Positions 47,682 through 57,387 of a stretch of 64,000 nucleotides of DNA are shown here, in pieces (position 1 is the stretch's first letter; each line of letters starts with the position of its first letter). The DNA comes from an uncultured Rhizobiaceae bacterium (GTDB lineage: Bacteria; Pseudomonadota; Alphaproteobacteria; Rhizobiales; Rhizobiaceae), in the NCBI GenBank assembly GCA_964242945.1, contig CAXTCF010000004.1, positions 1,045 to 65,044 of the forward strand. The letters run 5' to 3'. Under the pieces are notes generated by a model. It searched no databases, was not told the DNA's origin, and was given only the letters and a program-made list of their open reading frames with translations. Made by a program: the position numbers and the translations under genes.

Positions 47682-49234
47682 TAGACGCGCAACTGGTTGA
47701 GGGGTGCACGCATCTCGGCTTCGAATCCTGTTTCCCCATAGCGGACGGCCGATCCGCCGGCGCCGATGAGGCCCTGGCCGATCAGCCGTGATCCCAGACC
47801 CTTGCGCGTCGGCTGCATGACAGGAGGCCCCCCGCGTTCGCTCCAGCGCAGAACTAGTTCATCGCCATCCGTTTCCCAGGTCACGGACACAACTCCGTCA
47901 TCGTTCGACAGCGCGCCGTATTTCAGCGCGTTCGTGGTCAGTTCGTGGACGAGAAGGGACAGCGACAAGGCGGAGCGCGATCCGAGCTTGAGGTAAGACC
48001 CGCCGATCCTGACCCGGCCGTCCTGCCCAAGCGCATCCACCGCTCCCCGGATGACCGCGCCCAGGGGCGCTTCCCCCGCGTTCTGGAGCAGAAGCTGATC
48101 GTGGGCGGTGCTCAAGGCGTGAATGCGCTGCTCCAGCGCCTGGACGGGGGCACGGTCCGCCACGCCGCGCAGCGTCTGCGTGGCGATGGCCTGAACCAGC
48201 GCCAGCGTGTTCTTGAGCCGGTGGCTCAACTCCTGGTTCATCAGCTTCTGGTCGGCCTCGGCCTGCAGCCGCGCTACGGCTGCCTGCGTCCGGTCCGCCA
48301 CGGTTCTGATGAACACAAGGTCGTCGTCGGCAAGCGGCCGCAGGTCGGCGTGGTGCACGAACATCAGGGCTGCGAACACGCCGCGTTCCATGATCGGCAC
48401 GTTGACCATGTCCACGACATCGATGGCCGCAAAAGCCTCAGTGAAGGGTGCCGTGCGCGCGTCGGTCCGCACATCGGGGATGATGACGGTCTCGCCGCGC
48501 TTCAGGTCTTCGACGAAGTCGCCGAAGTCGCGGAACCTGTGCCTCCCCGCCACGCTCGCCACACCGGGGGCCGTCCAATCGGGCTGCACATCGACCGTAT
48601 CGCTTTCCGGGTCAACGACGCCGAAGCCCGCACGGGTCGCGCCCAAGGTCCGTGCCATGGTTTCCGACCCGGTAAATGCCGCTTCGCCTATGCTCGCAGC
48701 GTTGCGCAGCCGTTCGCCGAGTTCCACCAGCGCGTCGCGCCGCCTGTTGGCGAGATCAGCCTTGATGGCTTTGGCGGCCACGGCCGCGATCGACTGAAGC
48801 AGCGCAAGGTCGTTGTCGCTCCATTGCCGCGGCGCGGTGCCGATTGCGGCGATCGCCCCGACGACCTCGCCGCTCGGCAGCGCCAGGGGAACGCCGAGAT
48901 AGGAGCGGACGCCGAGGTCGCTGATCGCCAGATTGTGCTCGACCAGCGGCTCGTCATAGGCGTCCGGCACCGCGAAAGGCGCGCGCCGTTCCACCACATG
49001 CCGGCAGAAGCTGTGGGTGAGGGGCGTTTCGCCCCTGGAAGCCCAGGGCTCCGGCAGGCCATGTTGTGCCGCGAAGACCTGCCTGTCCTCCTCGACCAGC
49101 GAGACAAGCGCTACCGGCACGCCAAGCGCCCTGCGCACCAGGGCGATCTCTTCTTCAAAAAGACTGCCTCTGCCGTAGTGGAGCAGGCCTGACGCCCGCA
49201 GGGCGCCCAGATGGGTTTGCTCAGGCAGCGGCAT
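47681..49234 (-). CDS. GAF-GAF-HWE histidine kinase
   Basis: ELSHRLKNTL, HELTTNALKYGALS, WSERGGP; two GAF-like segments. Confidence 0.9.
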   Translation of the reverse strand: MPLPEQTHLGALRASGLLHYGRGSLFEEEIALVRRALGVPVALVSLVEEDRQVFAAQHGLPEPWASRGETPLTHSFCRHVVERRAPFAVPDAYDEPLVEHNLAISDLGVRSYLGVPLALPSGEVVGAIAAIGTAPRQWSDNDLALLQSIAAVAAKAIKADLANRRRDALVELGERLRNAASIGEAAFTGSETMARTLGATRAGFGVVDPESDTVDVQPDWTAPGVASVAGRHRFRDFGDFVEDLKRGETVIIPDVRTDARTAPFTEAFAAIDVVDMVNVPIMERGVFAALMFVHHADLRPLADDDLVFIRTVADRTQAAVARLQAEADQKLMNQELSHRLKNTLALVQAIATQTLRGVADRAPVQALEQRIHALSTAHDQLLLQNAGEAPLGAVIRGAVDALGQDGRVRIGGSYLKLGSRSALSLSLLVHELTTNALKYGALSNDDGVVSVTWETDGDELVLRWSERGGPPVMQPTRKGLGSRLIGQGLIGAGGSAVRYGETGFEAEMRAPLNQLRV

Positions 49235-49410
49235 GCCTTGGAATGTCGCTCATCGATCGGAAAGAGCCCTGCCAACCGGCATGGGTGGTGAAGGTTCGAG
49301 CCGCAGCGGAACGCCATTCCGCTCCCTTCGTCAAGGGGACATTTACGCCTGAAAGCGCAGGCCCGCAAAGCCGCCCGTCAAGAACAGGCCGATGCAGTCT
49401 TTCATGCCCC

Positions 49411-51006
49411 TCAAAGCTGCGACTCGATCGGCAGCAGACCGATGGCCCAGGCCGCGATCCGGCGCCACAGCCTGGCCTTCGGTTCGGTGTGCAGTTCGCG
49501 GCCGCCGTCCTCCCCGTCGATCCAGACGAGGCTGCCGTTTTTCAGCAGGAGCCGGTAGGCGCTGTCGGGCGCGGTCTCGGCGGCGAACACGCCGGTGATT
49601 TCTCCGGCCAGGCCGGGGTCGCGGAAAAGCACGCCCATCTCCGTGTTGAGCGAAAAGGAGCGGGGATCGAAGTTGAACGAGCCGACGAAGCCCAGCATTG
49701 CGTCGATCGTGAAAGCCTTGGTGTGGAGGCTGGCGCCGCGCGAGCCGAACAGGGAGGCCCTTTCCTGCGTGATGTCGCGCCTGAGCTCGAAAAGCTGCAC
49801 GCCGGCCCGCAGGAGCTTGTGCCGGTAGCGCGCATAGGCGCCGTGCACGGCCATCACGTCGGTCGCCGCAAGCGAGTTGGTCAGCACGGAAACGCCGACG
49901 CCCCGGCCGGTCATGCCGGCAAGCGCCGCGATGCCGCGGCTGCCGGGAATGAAATAGGGCGAGATGATCTCGACGTTCTTTTGCGCCGCATGGAGCACGG
50001 GCAGGATGGTCTTTTCCAGCCACTTGCCGTTCTGCCCGGCCCGCGCTTTCTCCGGCGGGTCCGAGACGACCTCCACGCCTTCGATCCAGTGAAAGGCCTC
50101 CGCACCGGCGGGCATGGAGGCCGCGCTCGCCTCCTCGACGCGGTCGAGATAGGGCCGGGCCGCTTCCGTCGAAGCGCGGCCCTCCAGCTTGGCCTTCAGA
50201 CCCGGCAGGCTCGCCCTGGCGCGCAGGCGCCGGCGCAGGCGGTGGAAGGAATGGATCGGCAGCGCCGCCGCGCTGTTCCAGAAGGCGTCGAAGATCGCTT
50301 CCGTTTGCCCGACCGCAGGGCCGAGCAGGACGAGGTCCAGGTCGCGGAAATTGGACTCCGCGCCGGCACCGAAATAGGCGTCGCCGATGTTGCGCCCGCC
50401 CACCACGCCCAAGCGCCCGTCGGCGATCCAGGCCTTGTTGTGCATGCGGCGGGTGGCGCTGGATGCCCGCAGCACGAGATCGATGCCGCGCTTCAGGGGA
50501 CTCGTCCGGTTGCGGCTGGGATTGAACAGCCGCACCTCGATGTTGGGATGATGGTCGAGCGCGAGATAGGCGCTGTCGTCGCCCTTGGTGTTGATGTCGT
50601 CGAGGAGCAGGCGCACGCGCACGCCGCGGTCGGCTGCCGCGACCACCTCGCGCCCCAACAACCCGCCCGTCAGGTCGTCGTCCCAATAGTAGTATTGCAG
50701 GTCAAGGCTGCGCCCGGCGCTCCGGGCGGTGTGGGCGCGGACGGCAAAGGCGTAGATGTCGTCGGGGACCAGCAGCAGCCCGCTGCGGCCGGGATGCTCT
50801 TCCAGCCGCGGCGCCACCGCCCGGTCGAGCGCGGTAGCGTCCGGGGCAACAGGCAGCGCGGCGGAAGGCTTGCCGCGGGCGCGCTGGGCGAAGCGGCCGA
50901 AGGAATAGACGGCGAAGAACGACGCCGGCACCGCCACCAGGAGCACGCACAGGACCAACACCCACCACACGACCCACATGCCTCCGTCCGGTTCGTCCTT
51001 CCTCAT
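49411..51006 (-). CDS. Phospholipase D-family (cardiolipin synthase ClsC-like) protein
   Basis: Two HKD motifs (HNKAWIADG..GGRN and HTKAFTID..GSFNFDPRS) and an N-terminal TM helix. Confidence 0.9.
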   Translation of the reverse strand: MRKDEPDGGMWVVWWVLVLCVLLVAVPASFFAVYSFGRFAQRARGKPSAALPVAPDATALDRAVAPRLEEHPGRSGLLLVPDDIYAFAVRAHTARSAGRSLDLQYYYWDDDLTGGLLGREVVAAADRGVRVRLLLDDINTKGDDSAYLALDHHPNIEVRLFNPSRNRTSPLKRGIDLVLRASSATRRMHNKAWIADGRLGVVGGRNIGDAYFGAGAESNFRDLDLVLLGPAVGQTEAIFDAFWNSAAALPIHSFHRLRRRLRARASLPGLKAKLEGRASTEAARPYLDRVEEASAASMPAGAEAFHWIEGVEVVSDPPEKARAGQNGKWLEKTILPVLHAAQKNVEIISPYFIPGSRGIAALAGMTGRGVGVSVLTNSLAATDVMAVHGAYARYRHKLLRAGVQLFELRRDITQERASLFGSRGASLHTKAFTIDAMLGFVGSFNFDPRSFSLNTEMGVLFRDPGLAGEITGVFAAETAPDSAYRLLLKNGSLVWIDGEDGGRELHTEPKARLWRRIAAWAIGLLPIESQL

Positions 51007-51210
51007 TCCTCGCGGCGCCGGCGGCGCGCACCGCCCGAAACGACGCGCCGCAGCTTGCGTTGCGCCGTCGATTTACGATGAACCTCTTTCCCGCGCATGA
51101 CATTTAGGAGGGCGGCGGTTAGGAATCCCGTTCGAGAAAGCGAAATCCGTCCGCCCGGACTGCCCTTAAGGAAAACGCTGCACTCAAGGAAAACGGGAGG
51201 TTTCCCTTAA

Positions 51211-52089
51211 ATGACCCGTTTGAAGCGCCTGCCCGGTTTGCCCGGCGACGGCTTCGCGCCGCTTGTGGCCGCCACCCTGCGCGGCGAGCGCAACGCCTTC
51301 GTGGCGGGCGAGCAGCCGTCCGAAATCGTGAAGGGCGATTCAAAAGGCGGCCCAAAGGGCGGCAGGGTGCTGATCGGCTCCTACAACATCCACAAGGCCG
51401 TGGGCACGGACCGCCGCTTCGATCCCCACCGCATCGTCCAGGTGATCCGGGAGATCGGGGCGGACGTGATCGCGCTCCAGGAAGCCGACCAGCGTTTCGG
51501 CGAAAGGGCCGGCCTGCTCGACCTTGCCCTGCTCAAGCGCGAGTGCGGGCTCGTTCCCGTGCCGATAGGCCGGCCGCAGCGCGGGCACGGCTGGCACGGC
51601 AACGTCGTCCTCTTCCGCGAAGGCGCGGTGCGCGCCATCAACCACATCGTCCTGCCCGGCGTGGAGCCGCGCGGCGCGCTGGTGGTCGATCTCGACCTGC
51701 CCGCCGGCCCCCTGCGCATCATCGCCGCCCATCTCGGCCTGCTGCGGGTGTCGCGCGCCCAGCAGGTGGAAGCGCTGCTCGCCGCGGCGGCGGCGCAGGA
51801 TGGACGTCCGGCCCTCCTGATGGGCGACCTCAACGAGTGGCGGATGGGTCCCCGCTCGTCCCTTCACGGCCTGGCGCCGCTGTTCGGGCCGCTGCATGCG
51901 GCGATCCCAAGCTTTCCCTCGCGCTTTCCCGTGCTCGCGCTGGACCGCATCCTCGGCCACCCCCACAGCCTGATCCGCTCCGTGCGGCTGCACGACACGC
52001 CCTTGTCCCGCATCGCCTCCGACCACATGCCGTTGAAGGCGGAAGTGGAACTGCCAGGGGTGCAGAGGCAGGCCGCCGCGGCACGCTGA
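51211..52089 (+). CDS. Endonuclease/exonuclease/phosphatase-family protein (YbhP-like)
   Basis: SYNIHK, ALQEAD, GDLNEW, LDRI, ASDH. Confidence 0.88.
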   Translation: MTRLKRLPGLPGDGFAPLVAATLRGERNAFVAGEQPSEIVKGDSKGGPKGGRVLIGSYNIHKAVGTDRRFDPHRIVQVIREIGADVIALQEADQRFGERAGLLDLALLKRECGLVPVPIGRPQRGHGWHGNVVLFREGAVRAINHIVLPGVEPRGALVVDLDLPAGPLRIIAAHLGLLRVSRAQQVEALLAAAAAQDGRPALLMGDLNEWRMGPRSSLHGLAPLFGPLHAAIPSFPSRFPVLALDRILGHPHSLIRSVRLHDTPLSRIASDHMPLKAEVELPGVQRQAAAAR

Positions 52090-52185
52090 ACGGCAAAAGG
52101 TACTCACAACAGTCCATTAAATTCCCGCAGGTAATTTCGCTCCGCTCCCTCTTGTCGGGTGTGGGACAAGGATTCGTTCGGGCCA

Positions 52186-54351
52186 ATGGCGGGCAAGAAA
52201 GGCAAAACGCGGATAGAGCCGAGCTTCTCCGCCGCGCCCCAGCGGAGTCCCGGTCTTTCGCTCAAACTGGACGATCGCATCGTGCCGCCCAAAACCCGCG
52301 GCAAATCCGCCAAACGGGCACCGCCCGCTGCCCTCCAAAAACCGCGCCGCAGCCTTTTCCGCCCGTTGCGCAGGCTTCTCTACTGGTGCGTGGTGCTGGG
52401 GATCTGGGGCGGCATCGGGCTTGTCGGGCTGGTGGTCTGGTATGGCGCGCAGATGCCCTCGGTCGCCGACTGGGCGCTGCCCGACCGGCCGCCCAACGTG
52501 AAGATCGTTTCCACTGATGGTCAGCTTGTCGCCAATCGCGGCGCGAGCGGCGGCGAGGCCGTCCCGCTTTCGGCCATGTCGCCCTTTATCCCGCAGGCGG
52601 TGATCGCCATCGAGGACCGGCGCTTCCGCTCGCATTGGGGTATCGACCCGATGGGGCTAGGACGAGCCCTGGTGCAGAACCTTGCGGGCCGCCGGGTAGC
52701 CCAGGGCGGCTCGACGCTGACCCAGCAGCTGGCGAAAAACCTGTTCCTCAAGCCCGACCGCACTCTCGAACGTAAAGTGCAGGAGATGCTGCTGGCGGTC
52801 TGGCTGGAGCACAAGTATTCCAAGGACCAGATCCTCGAAATCTACCTGAACCGCGTGTATTTCGGCTCCGGCGCCTATGGCGTGGAGGCGGCCTCGCGCC
52901 GCTATTTCAACAAGCCCGCGCGCGACGTTTCGCTCGCCGAAGCGGCGATCCTGGCCGGGCTGCTCAAGGCGCCCTCGAAACTTTCGCCGGCGCGCGACCC
53001 GGAAGCGGCGCAGGCGCGCGCCCAGCTCGTGCTCGCCGCCATGCGCGAGCAGAACGCCATCACCGACAGGCAGATGGCTGGCGCCATCTCCACGCCGGCC
53101 TCCCACGCCCCCTCCTACTGGACCGGCTCGGAAAACTACGTCGCCGACCTCGTCATGGACGACCTGCCCGACCTGATCGGCGGCGAGGCGCGCTCCGACC
53201 TCGTGGTGGAAACCACGGTGGACATGCGGCTCCAGAAAGGGGCTGAGGGGAGCATCCGCCGCCTGATCGACGAGAAGGGCAAGGAACTTGCGGTCAGCCA
53301 GGGCGCTCTTGTGTCGATCGACGGCACCGGCGCGGTGCGCGCCTGCGTCGGCGGCGTGGACTATGCCGGCAGCCAGTTCGACCGCGCGACCGAAGCAAAA
53401 CGCCAGCCGGGCTCGGCCTTCAAGCCCTTCGTCTATCTGGCGGCGCTGGAAGCGGGCCGCGCCACGCCCGGCAGCGTGCGCGTTGATGCGCCGGTGCGCT
53501 TCGGCAAATGGGCGCCGGAGAACTACAAAGGAAAATATTACGGCCCGGTGACGCTGACCACCGCCCTTGCCAAGTCGCTCAACTCGGTCGCGGCCCAACT
53601 GGCGATGGAAGTCGGGCCGGACGCGGTGGCGCAGGTTGCGCACCGCTTAGGGATCCGCTCGCCCCTGCGTGCCGACCTCACCATCGCGCTCGGCACGTCG
53701 GAGGTGACGCCGCTCGAACTGACTTCGGCCTATGTGCCCTTCGCCAATGGCGGCCTGAAGCCGGACATCCACCTGATCAGCTCGGTGCGGACGGTACGCG
53801 GCGAGGTGCTGTACCGCCACCCGTCGCCAAAACTGCCGCGCGTGCTCTCGCCGCAAGTCGTCGGCCAGATGAACGGCATGATGGCGCAGACCATTTTGGA
53901 GGGCACCGCGCGCAAGGCGGCCTTCGGCTGGCCGGCAGCCGGCAAGACCGGCACGTCACAGAACGCGCGCGACGCCTGGTTCGTCGGCTACACCGCCAAC
54001 CTCACCACCGGCGTCTGGTTCGGCAACGACAACGGCGCGCCGATGAAGGACGTAACCGGCGGCTCGCTGCCGGCCCTTGCGTGGAACGAGTTCATGACCG
54101 CCGCCCACCAGGGCATTCCGGTAGCACAACTGCCCGGCGGCTGGCGTTCCGGCCCGGAAACGCCGGCCGTAATGCCCGCCGCGGCCGAGCGCCCATTGGA
54201 CGAAGGCGCGCCGGTTTCAGATGCCGGAGCCTTTCCCCCGCCGCCGGACCAGGGAGCTACCGGATCGATCGACGGCCCCGTGCCGCCGCGGGATATCGGC
54301 GGTCCAAAAGCCAAGCCCGGCTCGCTGATGGACGTGTTGCTGGGGAATTAA
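52186..54351 (+). CDS. Class A penicillin-binding protein (PBP1A family)
   Basis: EDRRF..H.GID, GGSTLTQQLAKN, RQPGSAFKP, SLN, AGKTGT. Confidence 0.93.
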   Translation: MAGKKGKTRIEPSFSAAPQRSPGLSLKLDDRIVPPKTRGKSAKRAPPAALQKPRRSLFRPLRRLLYWCVVLGIWGGIGLVGLVVWYGAQMPSVADWALPDRPPNVKIVSTDGQLVANRGASGGEAVPLSAMSPFIPQAVIAIEDRRFRSHWGIDPMGLGRALVQNLAGRRVAQGGSTLTQQLAKNLFLKPDRTLERKVQEMLLAVWLEHKYSKDQILEIYLNRVYFGSGAYGVEAASRRYFNKPARDVSLAEAAILAGLLKAPSKLSPARDPEAAQARAQLVLAAMREQNAITDRQMAGAISTPASHAPSYWTGSENYVADLVMDDLPDLIGGEARSDLVVETTVDMRLQKGAEGSIRRLIDEKGKELAVSQGALVSIDGTGAVRACVGGVDYAGSQFDRATEAKRQPGSAFKPFVYLAALEAGRATPGSVRVDAPVRFGKWAPENYKGKYYGPVTLTTALAKSLNSVAAQLAMEVGPDAVAQVAHRLGIRSPLRADLTIALGTSEVTPLELTSAYVPFANGGLKPDIHLISSVRTVRGEVLYRHPSPKLPRVLSPQVVGQMNGMMAQTILEGTARKAAFGWPAAGKTGTSQNARDAWFVGYTANLTTGVWFGNDNGAPMKDVTGGSLPALAWNEFMTAAHQGIPVAQLPGGWRSGPETPAVMPAAAERPLDEGAPVSDAGAFPPPPDQGATGSIDGPVPPRDIGGPKAKPGSLMDVLLGN

Positions 54352-54389
54352 AATACATTGCCGCGCGGGGAAATCAAAATCGGCGGCGG

Positions 54390-54719
54390 TTATGGCAAGC
54401 TCGGCTGTAGCGCCGCCGTCCGAGGCTTCACCGTCACGTCAACGGCCACGTCTTGGCCGAGCCGCGCAAGGATGGTCATGAGGCGATCAATGGTGAAGCG
54501 GCCGATGTTGGCGCGACGGATACGAGAGAAGTCGGCGGCGGCGATGCCGGTCAGTTCGTGCGCAGCGCGCACGGACAGCTTTTGCGCGTCCAGGGCCTTG
54601 ATGATCTGGGCGGCAAGCGTCGCGCGAAATTGTTCAAGCTCAGGATTCGGCAGGTCGAGGTCGCGAAACACGTTGCCGCTTCCCCGGACCAGTTCAAGAT
54701 CATCGGTTTCATCGCTCAT
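54390..54719 (-). CDS. HigA-like XRE helix-turn-helix antitoxin
   Basis: GSGNVFRDL, ADFSRIR, FTIDRL. Confidence 0.88.
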   Translation of the reverse strand: MSDETDDLELVRGSGNVFRDLDLPNPELEQFRATLAAQIIKALDAQKLSVRAAHELTGIAAADFSRIRRANIGRFTIDRLMTILARLGQDVAVDVTVKPRTAALQPSLP

Positions 54720-55052
54720 CCAGCGCTTCCTTCAAGCGTTTGAGCCGCTCGCGGATCAAATCGATTTCGACCTTCGGCGTCGAAATGCCGGATTTTGACT
54801 TCTCCTGGAAGGCGTGAACCACCCACACATCGCGCCGATCTGCAAGGCATAAACGATGCGGAACGCATCGCCGCGATATTTCACAGCCAACTCCGGAACA
54901 CCCAATCCAAGGCCGGTCAGCGGCTTGGCAATGGCGGGGTGGCCGCCCTCTCCGATGATGGCCAGGGTGCGGGCCACGTCGATCTGAGCGCCGGTCGGGA
55001 AGTCCTGAAAATCCTTCGGAGCCGCCTTGATCCAAGAGATGACCCTAGGCAT
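54709..55052 (-). pseudogene. Frameshifted RelE/HigB-family (gp49-like) toxin
   Basis: The first part (ISWIKAA...DAFRIVYALQIG) and the tail (WVVHAFQEKSKSGISTPK..IDLIRERLKRL) are in different frames; shift near 54831-54835. Confidence 0.8.
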
Positions 55053-55070
55053 CTCTACTAACTGGCGGTG

Positions 55071-55086
55071 TTGTCAAATTCGACAA
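55071..55086. promoter_or_regulatory. Candidate toxin-antitoxin operator overlapping a TTGACA -35
   Basis: TTGTCAAATTCGACAA near-perfect palindrome about 20 bp upstream of the toxin ATG. Confidence 0.55.
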
Positions 55087-55215
55087 CGGCTGTCAATCAA
55101 CGAAGACGGGTGTTGCCACTAGCATATCTCTGGCGGCCCCTTGTCGGCCGATCCGTTTCGCGGCTGCACGAAGCCTGTCCTTGTTCGATCCGCGCCGGAA
55201 ACGTGAACAAGGTTT

Positions 55216-55386
55216 TCAGGTCTCGCGCCCCGGTTCCTCCGGCTTGTAGAGGTCGGCCGTGGCGCGGTCGGTGGCGGCGCGCTCGGCGGGGGTCCGCTTG
55301 CGCCGCTGAAGCAGGGCCACGGCGATCAGCACCGCGATCAGGACCGGCCCGCCCGCCACCACGAGAAGCCACAGGTTTTCGGTCAT
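55216..55386 (-). CDS. 56-aa single-pass membrane microprotein (below the ORF-track cutoff)
   Basis: MTENLWLLVVAGGPVLIAVLIAVALLQRRKRTPAERAATDRATADLYKPEEPGRET; AAGGA RBS. Confidence 0.7.
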   Translation of the reverse strand: MTENLWLLVVAGGPVLIAVLIAVALLQRRKRTPAERAATDRATADLYKPEEPGRET

Positions 55387-55412
55387 CCGCAGAGTTCCTT
55401 GAGTTCGGCCGG

Positions 55413-56057
55413 TCAGCCGAGGCCGAGATGGGCGCGCAGTTCCGTGTGGGTGGCAACATAGATCGCGCCCGGCGGGGCTTCCAGGGCGATCTGCGGCCAG
55501 AACAGCGTGCGCATGCCGGCCGCAACGCCCGCGGACGCGCCGGTCCGGCTGTCTTCCACTACCGCGCAGGCCGATGGATCGATGCCGGCTAGGGCGGCGG
55601 CGCGCAGGAACGGTTCCGGGTCGGGCTTGCCCTTCACCACGTCGTTGCGGGAAACCGTGATGAAGCCCGGAATGGTGAGCCCCACCGCGCGCAGGTTGGC
55701 GTCCACGATCAGCCGGTCGGAGTTGGACACGATGGCTTGGCGGATGCCCGCCGCCTGGAGGTCGCGGAATACGTCGAGCGCGCCTTCGCGAGGCTGGAGC
55801 GCGCCCGCCCCTTCGAGGTAGCGCGTGTATTTGCGCAGGATCCAGTCGTCGAAGGGCAGCGTCAGGCCGCTCGTTTCGCGCAGCATGAGATAAACGGGAT
55901 AGGCCGCCATGCCGATCACCCGTTCATGCAGGTCCGGCGGCGGCAGGAGGCCCAGGCTTTCCAGCGCACCTTCCAGCGCCCGGTCGTGCAGCGGTTCGCT
56001 GTCGATCAGCGTACCGTCCATGTCCCAAAGCACGGCCTGCGGTCTGGTGCTTTCCAT
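55413..56057 (-). CDS. HAD-family phosphatase
   Basis: WDMDGTLIDSE, VSNS, GKPDPEPF, VEDSRTG. Confidence 0.9.
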   Translation of the reverse strand: MESTRPQAVLWDMDGTLIDSEPLHDRALEGALESLGLLPPPDLHERVIGMAAYPVYLMLRETSGLTLPFDDWILRKYTRYLEGAGALQPREGALDVFRDLQAAGIRQAIVSNSDRLIVDANLRAVGLTIPGFITVSRNDVVKGKPDPEPFLRAAALAGIDPSACAVVEDSRTGASAGVAAGMRTLFWPQIALEAPPGAIYVATHTELRAHLGLG

Positions 56058-56274
56058 CTGATGTCAACCCTTGCGCCCCGCCTTCCGGCGTGAGCCATAA
56101 CGACTTCGCGCTTGGCTCGCCATAGCGCAGGGGCGTCAAACTTCGGGCATTCGCCCTTTGCCTTGGCAATTGCGCTGCGCCTGATTCCCTGCGACATTGC
56201 GCCGGGATCGCAGCTTGGCCCTTGGGAGGAGACGAGGGAGCGGCTGCAATCGGGAGCAGGCCCGGAGAAACGGC

Positions 56275-57243
56275 GTGGCGAGCGGAACTTATGCGCGCGG
56301 CGAGATCGACAGCGCCCGGCTGGACGATGCCGCGCGCGCCGGCTGGCTCTACTACGTCGCCGGCAACACGCAGGACCAGATCGCCGCCAAGCTCGGCGTG
56401 TCCCGCCAGACCGCCCAGCGCCTTGTTTCGCTCGCCATCTCGGAGGGCCTGGTGCGGGTCCGGCTCGACCACCCGATCGCGCGCTGCCTGGAGCTGGCGG
56501 CAAACCTGCGCTCCCGCTTCGCGCTGGATTTCGTCGAGGTGGTGCCGACCGACCCGGCTTCGCAGTCCAACACGCTCGGCGTTGCGGAAGCCGCCGGTGC
56601 GGCAATCGAGAAGCGCCTGCGCGCAGCCGAACCGCGCATCATGGCGATCGGCACCGGGCGCACGCTGAAGGCAGCCATCGAGCAGCTTCCCTCCATGATC
56701 TGCCCGCAGCACAAGGTCGTGTCGCTGACCGGCAACATCGCGCCGGACGGCTCCGCGGCGATCTACAACGTCGTGTTCACGCTGGCCGACCGGGTGAAGT
56801 GCCGCGCCTTCCCCATGCCGCTCCCCGTTATCGCCTCCTCCCGCGAGGAGCGCGCAATGCTGCACAGCCAGCCGATGATCCGCTCCACTTTGGCGCTTGC
56901 GGCGCAGGCCGAAGTGACGTTCGTCGGGCTCGGCGATCTCGGCCCCAACGCGCCGCTCTATGAAGACGGCTTCATCACCGAGGCTGAGCTGCATCAGCTG
57001 CAAAAGGCCGGCGCGGCAGGCGAGATCGTCGGCTGGGCGTTCGACCGCGACGGCTGCCTGATCGAGGGCATCACCAACGACCGCGTGGCGTCCGCGCCGA
57101 TCCCGCCGGCCGAGCGCTCCCTCGTGGTGGCGCTCGCCAAAGGCGCAAGAAAACTGCCGGGTTTGAAGGCAGCGGCGGCGCGGCGGCTGGTGAACGGCGT
57201 CATCACGGACGAAGAAACGGCGGCGGCTATGCTGGATGGCTGA
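56275..57243 (+). CDS. smoC: SorC/DeoR-family sugar-binding transcriptional regulator (SmoC-like)
   Basis: AARAGWLYY..G.TQ..IA..LGVSR HTH, IGTGRTL, LITDE; GTG start at 56275. Confidence 0.85.
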   Translation: MASGTYARGEIDSARLDDAARAGWLYYVAGNTQDQIAAKLGVSRQTAQRLVSLAISEGLVRVRLDHPIARCLELAANLRSRFALDFVEVVPTDPASQSNTLGVAEAAGAAIEKRLRAAEPRIMAIGTGRTLKAAIEQLPSMICPQHKVVSLTGNIAPDGSAAIYNVVFTLADRVKCRAFPMPLPVIASSREERAMLHSQPMIRSTLALAAQAEVTFVGLGDLGPNAPLYEDGFITEAELHQLQKAGAAGEIVGWAFDRDGCLIEGITNDRVASAPIPPAERSLVVALAKGARKLPGLKAAAARRLVNGVITDEETAAAMLDG

Positions 57244-57285
57244 ACTTCGTGCCCTAGTTTGCTGCATTGCAGCAACGAATTTGCC

Positions 57286-57339
57286 TTGACACTACAAAAT
57301 CGCCATGGGTAATTGCCCATAGCCAAGGCATTTGCTCAT
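57286..57339 (+). promoter_or_regulatory. Polyol operon promoter with palindromic operator(s)
   Basis: TTGACA at 57286; ATGGGTAATTGCCCAT palindrome at 57305-57320 over the -10; related GGCATTTGCTCAT at 57327-57339. Confidence 0.6.
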
Positions 57340-57387
57340 CAACTTGTGTGGTGGGCGTGCATTGCACCAACGGGAGGAATATTTCTG

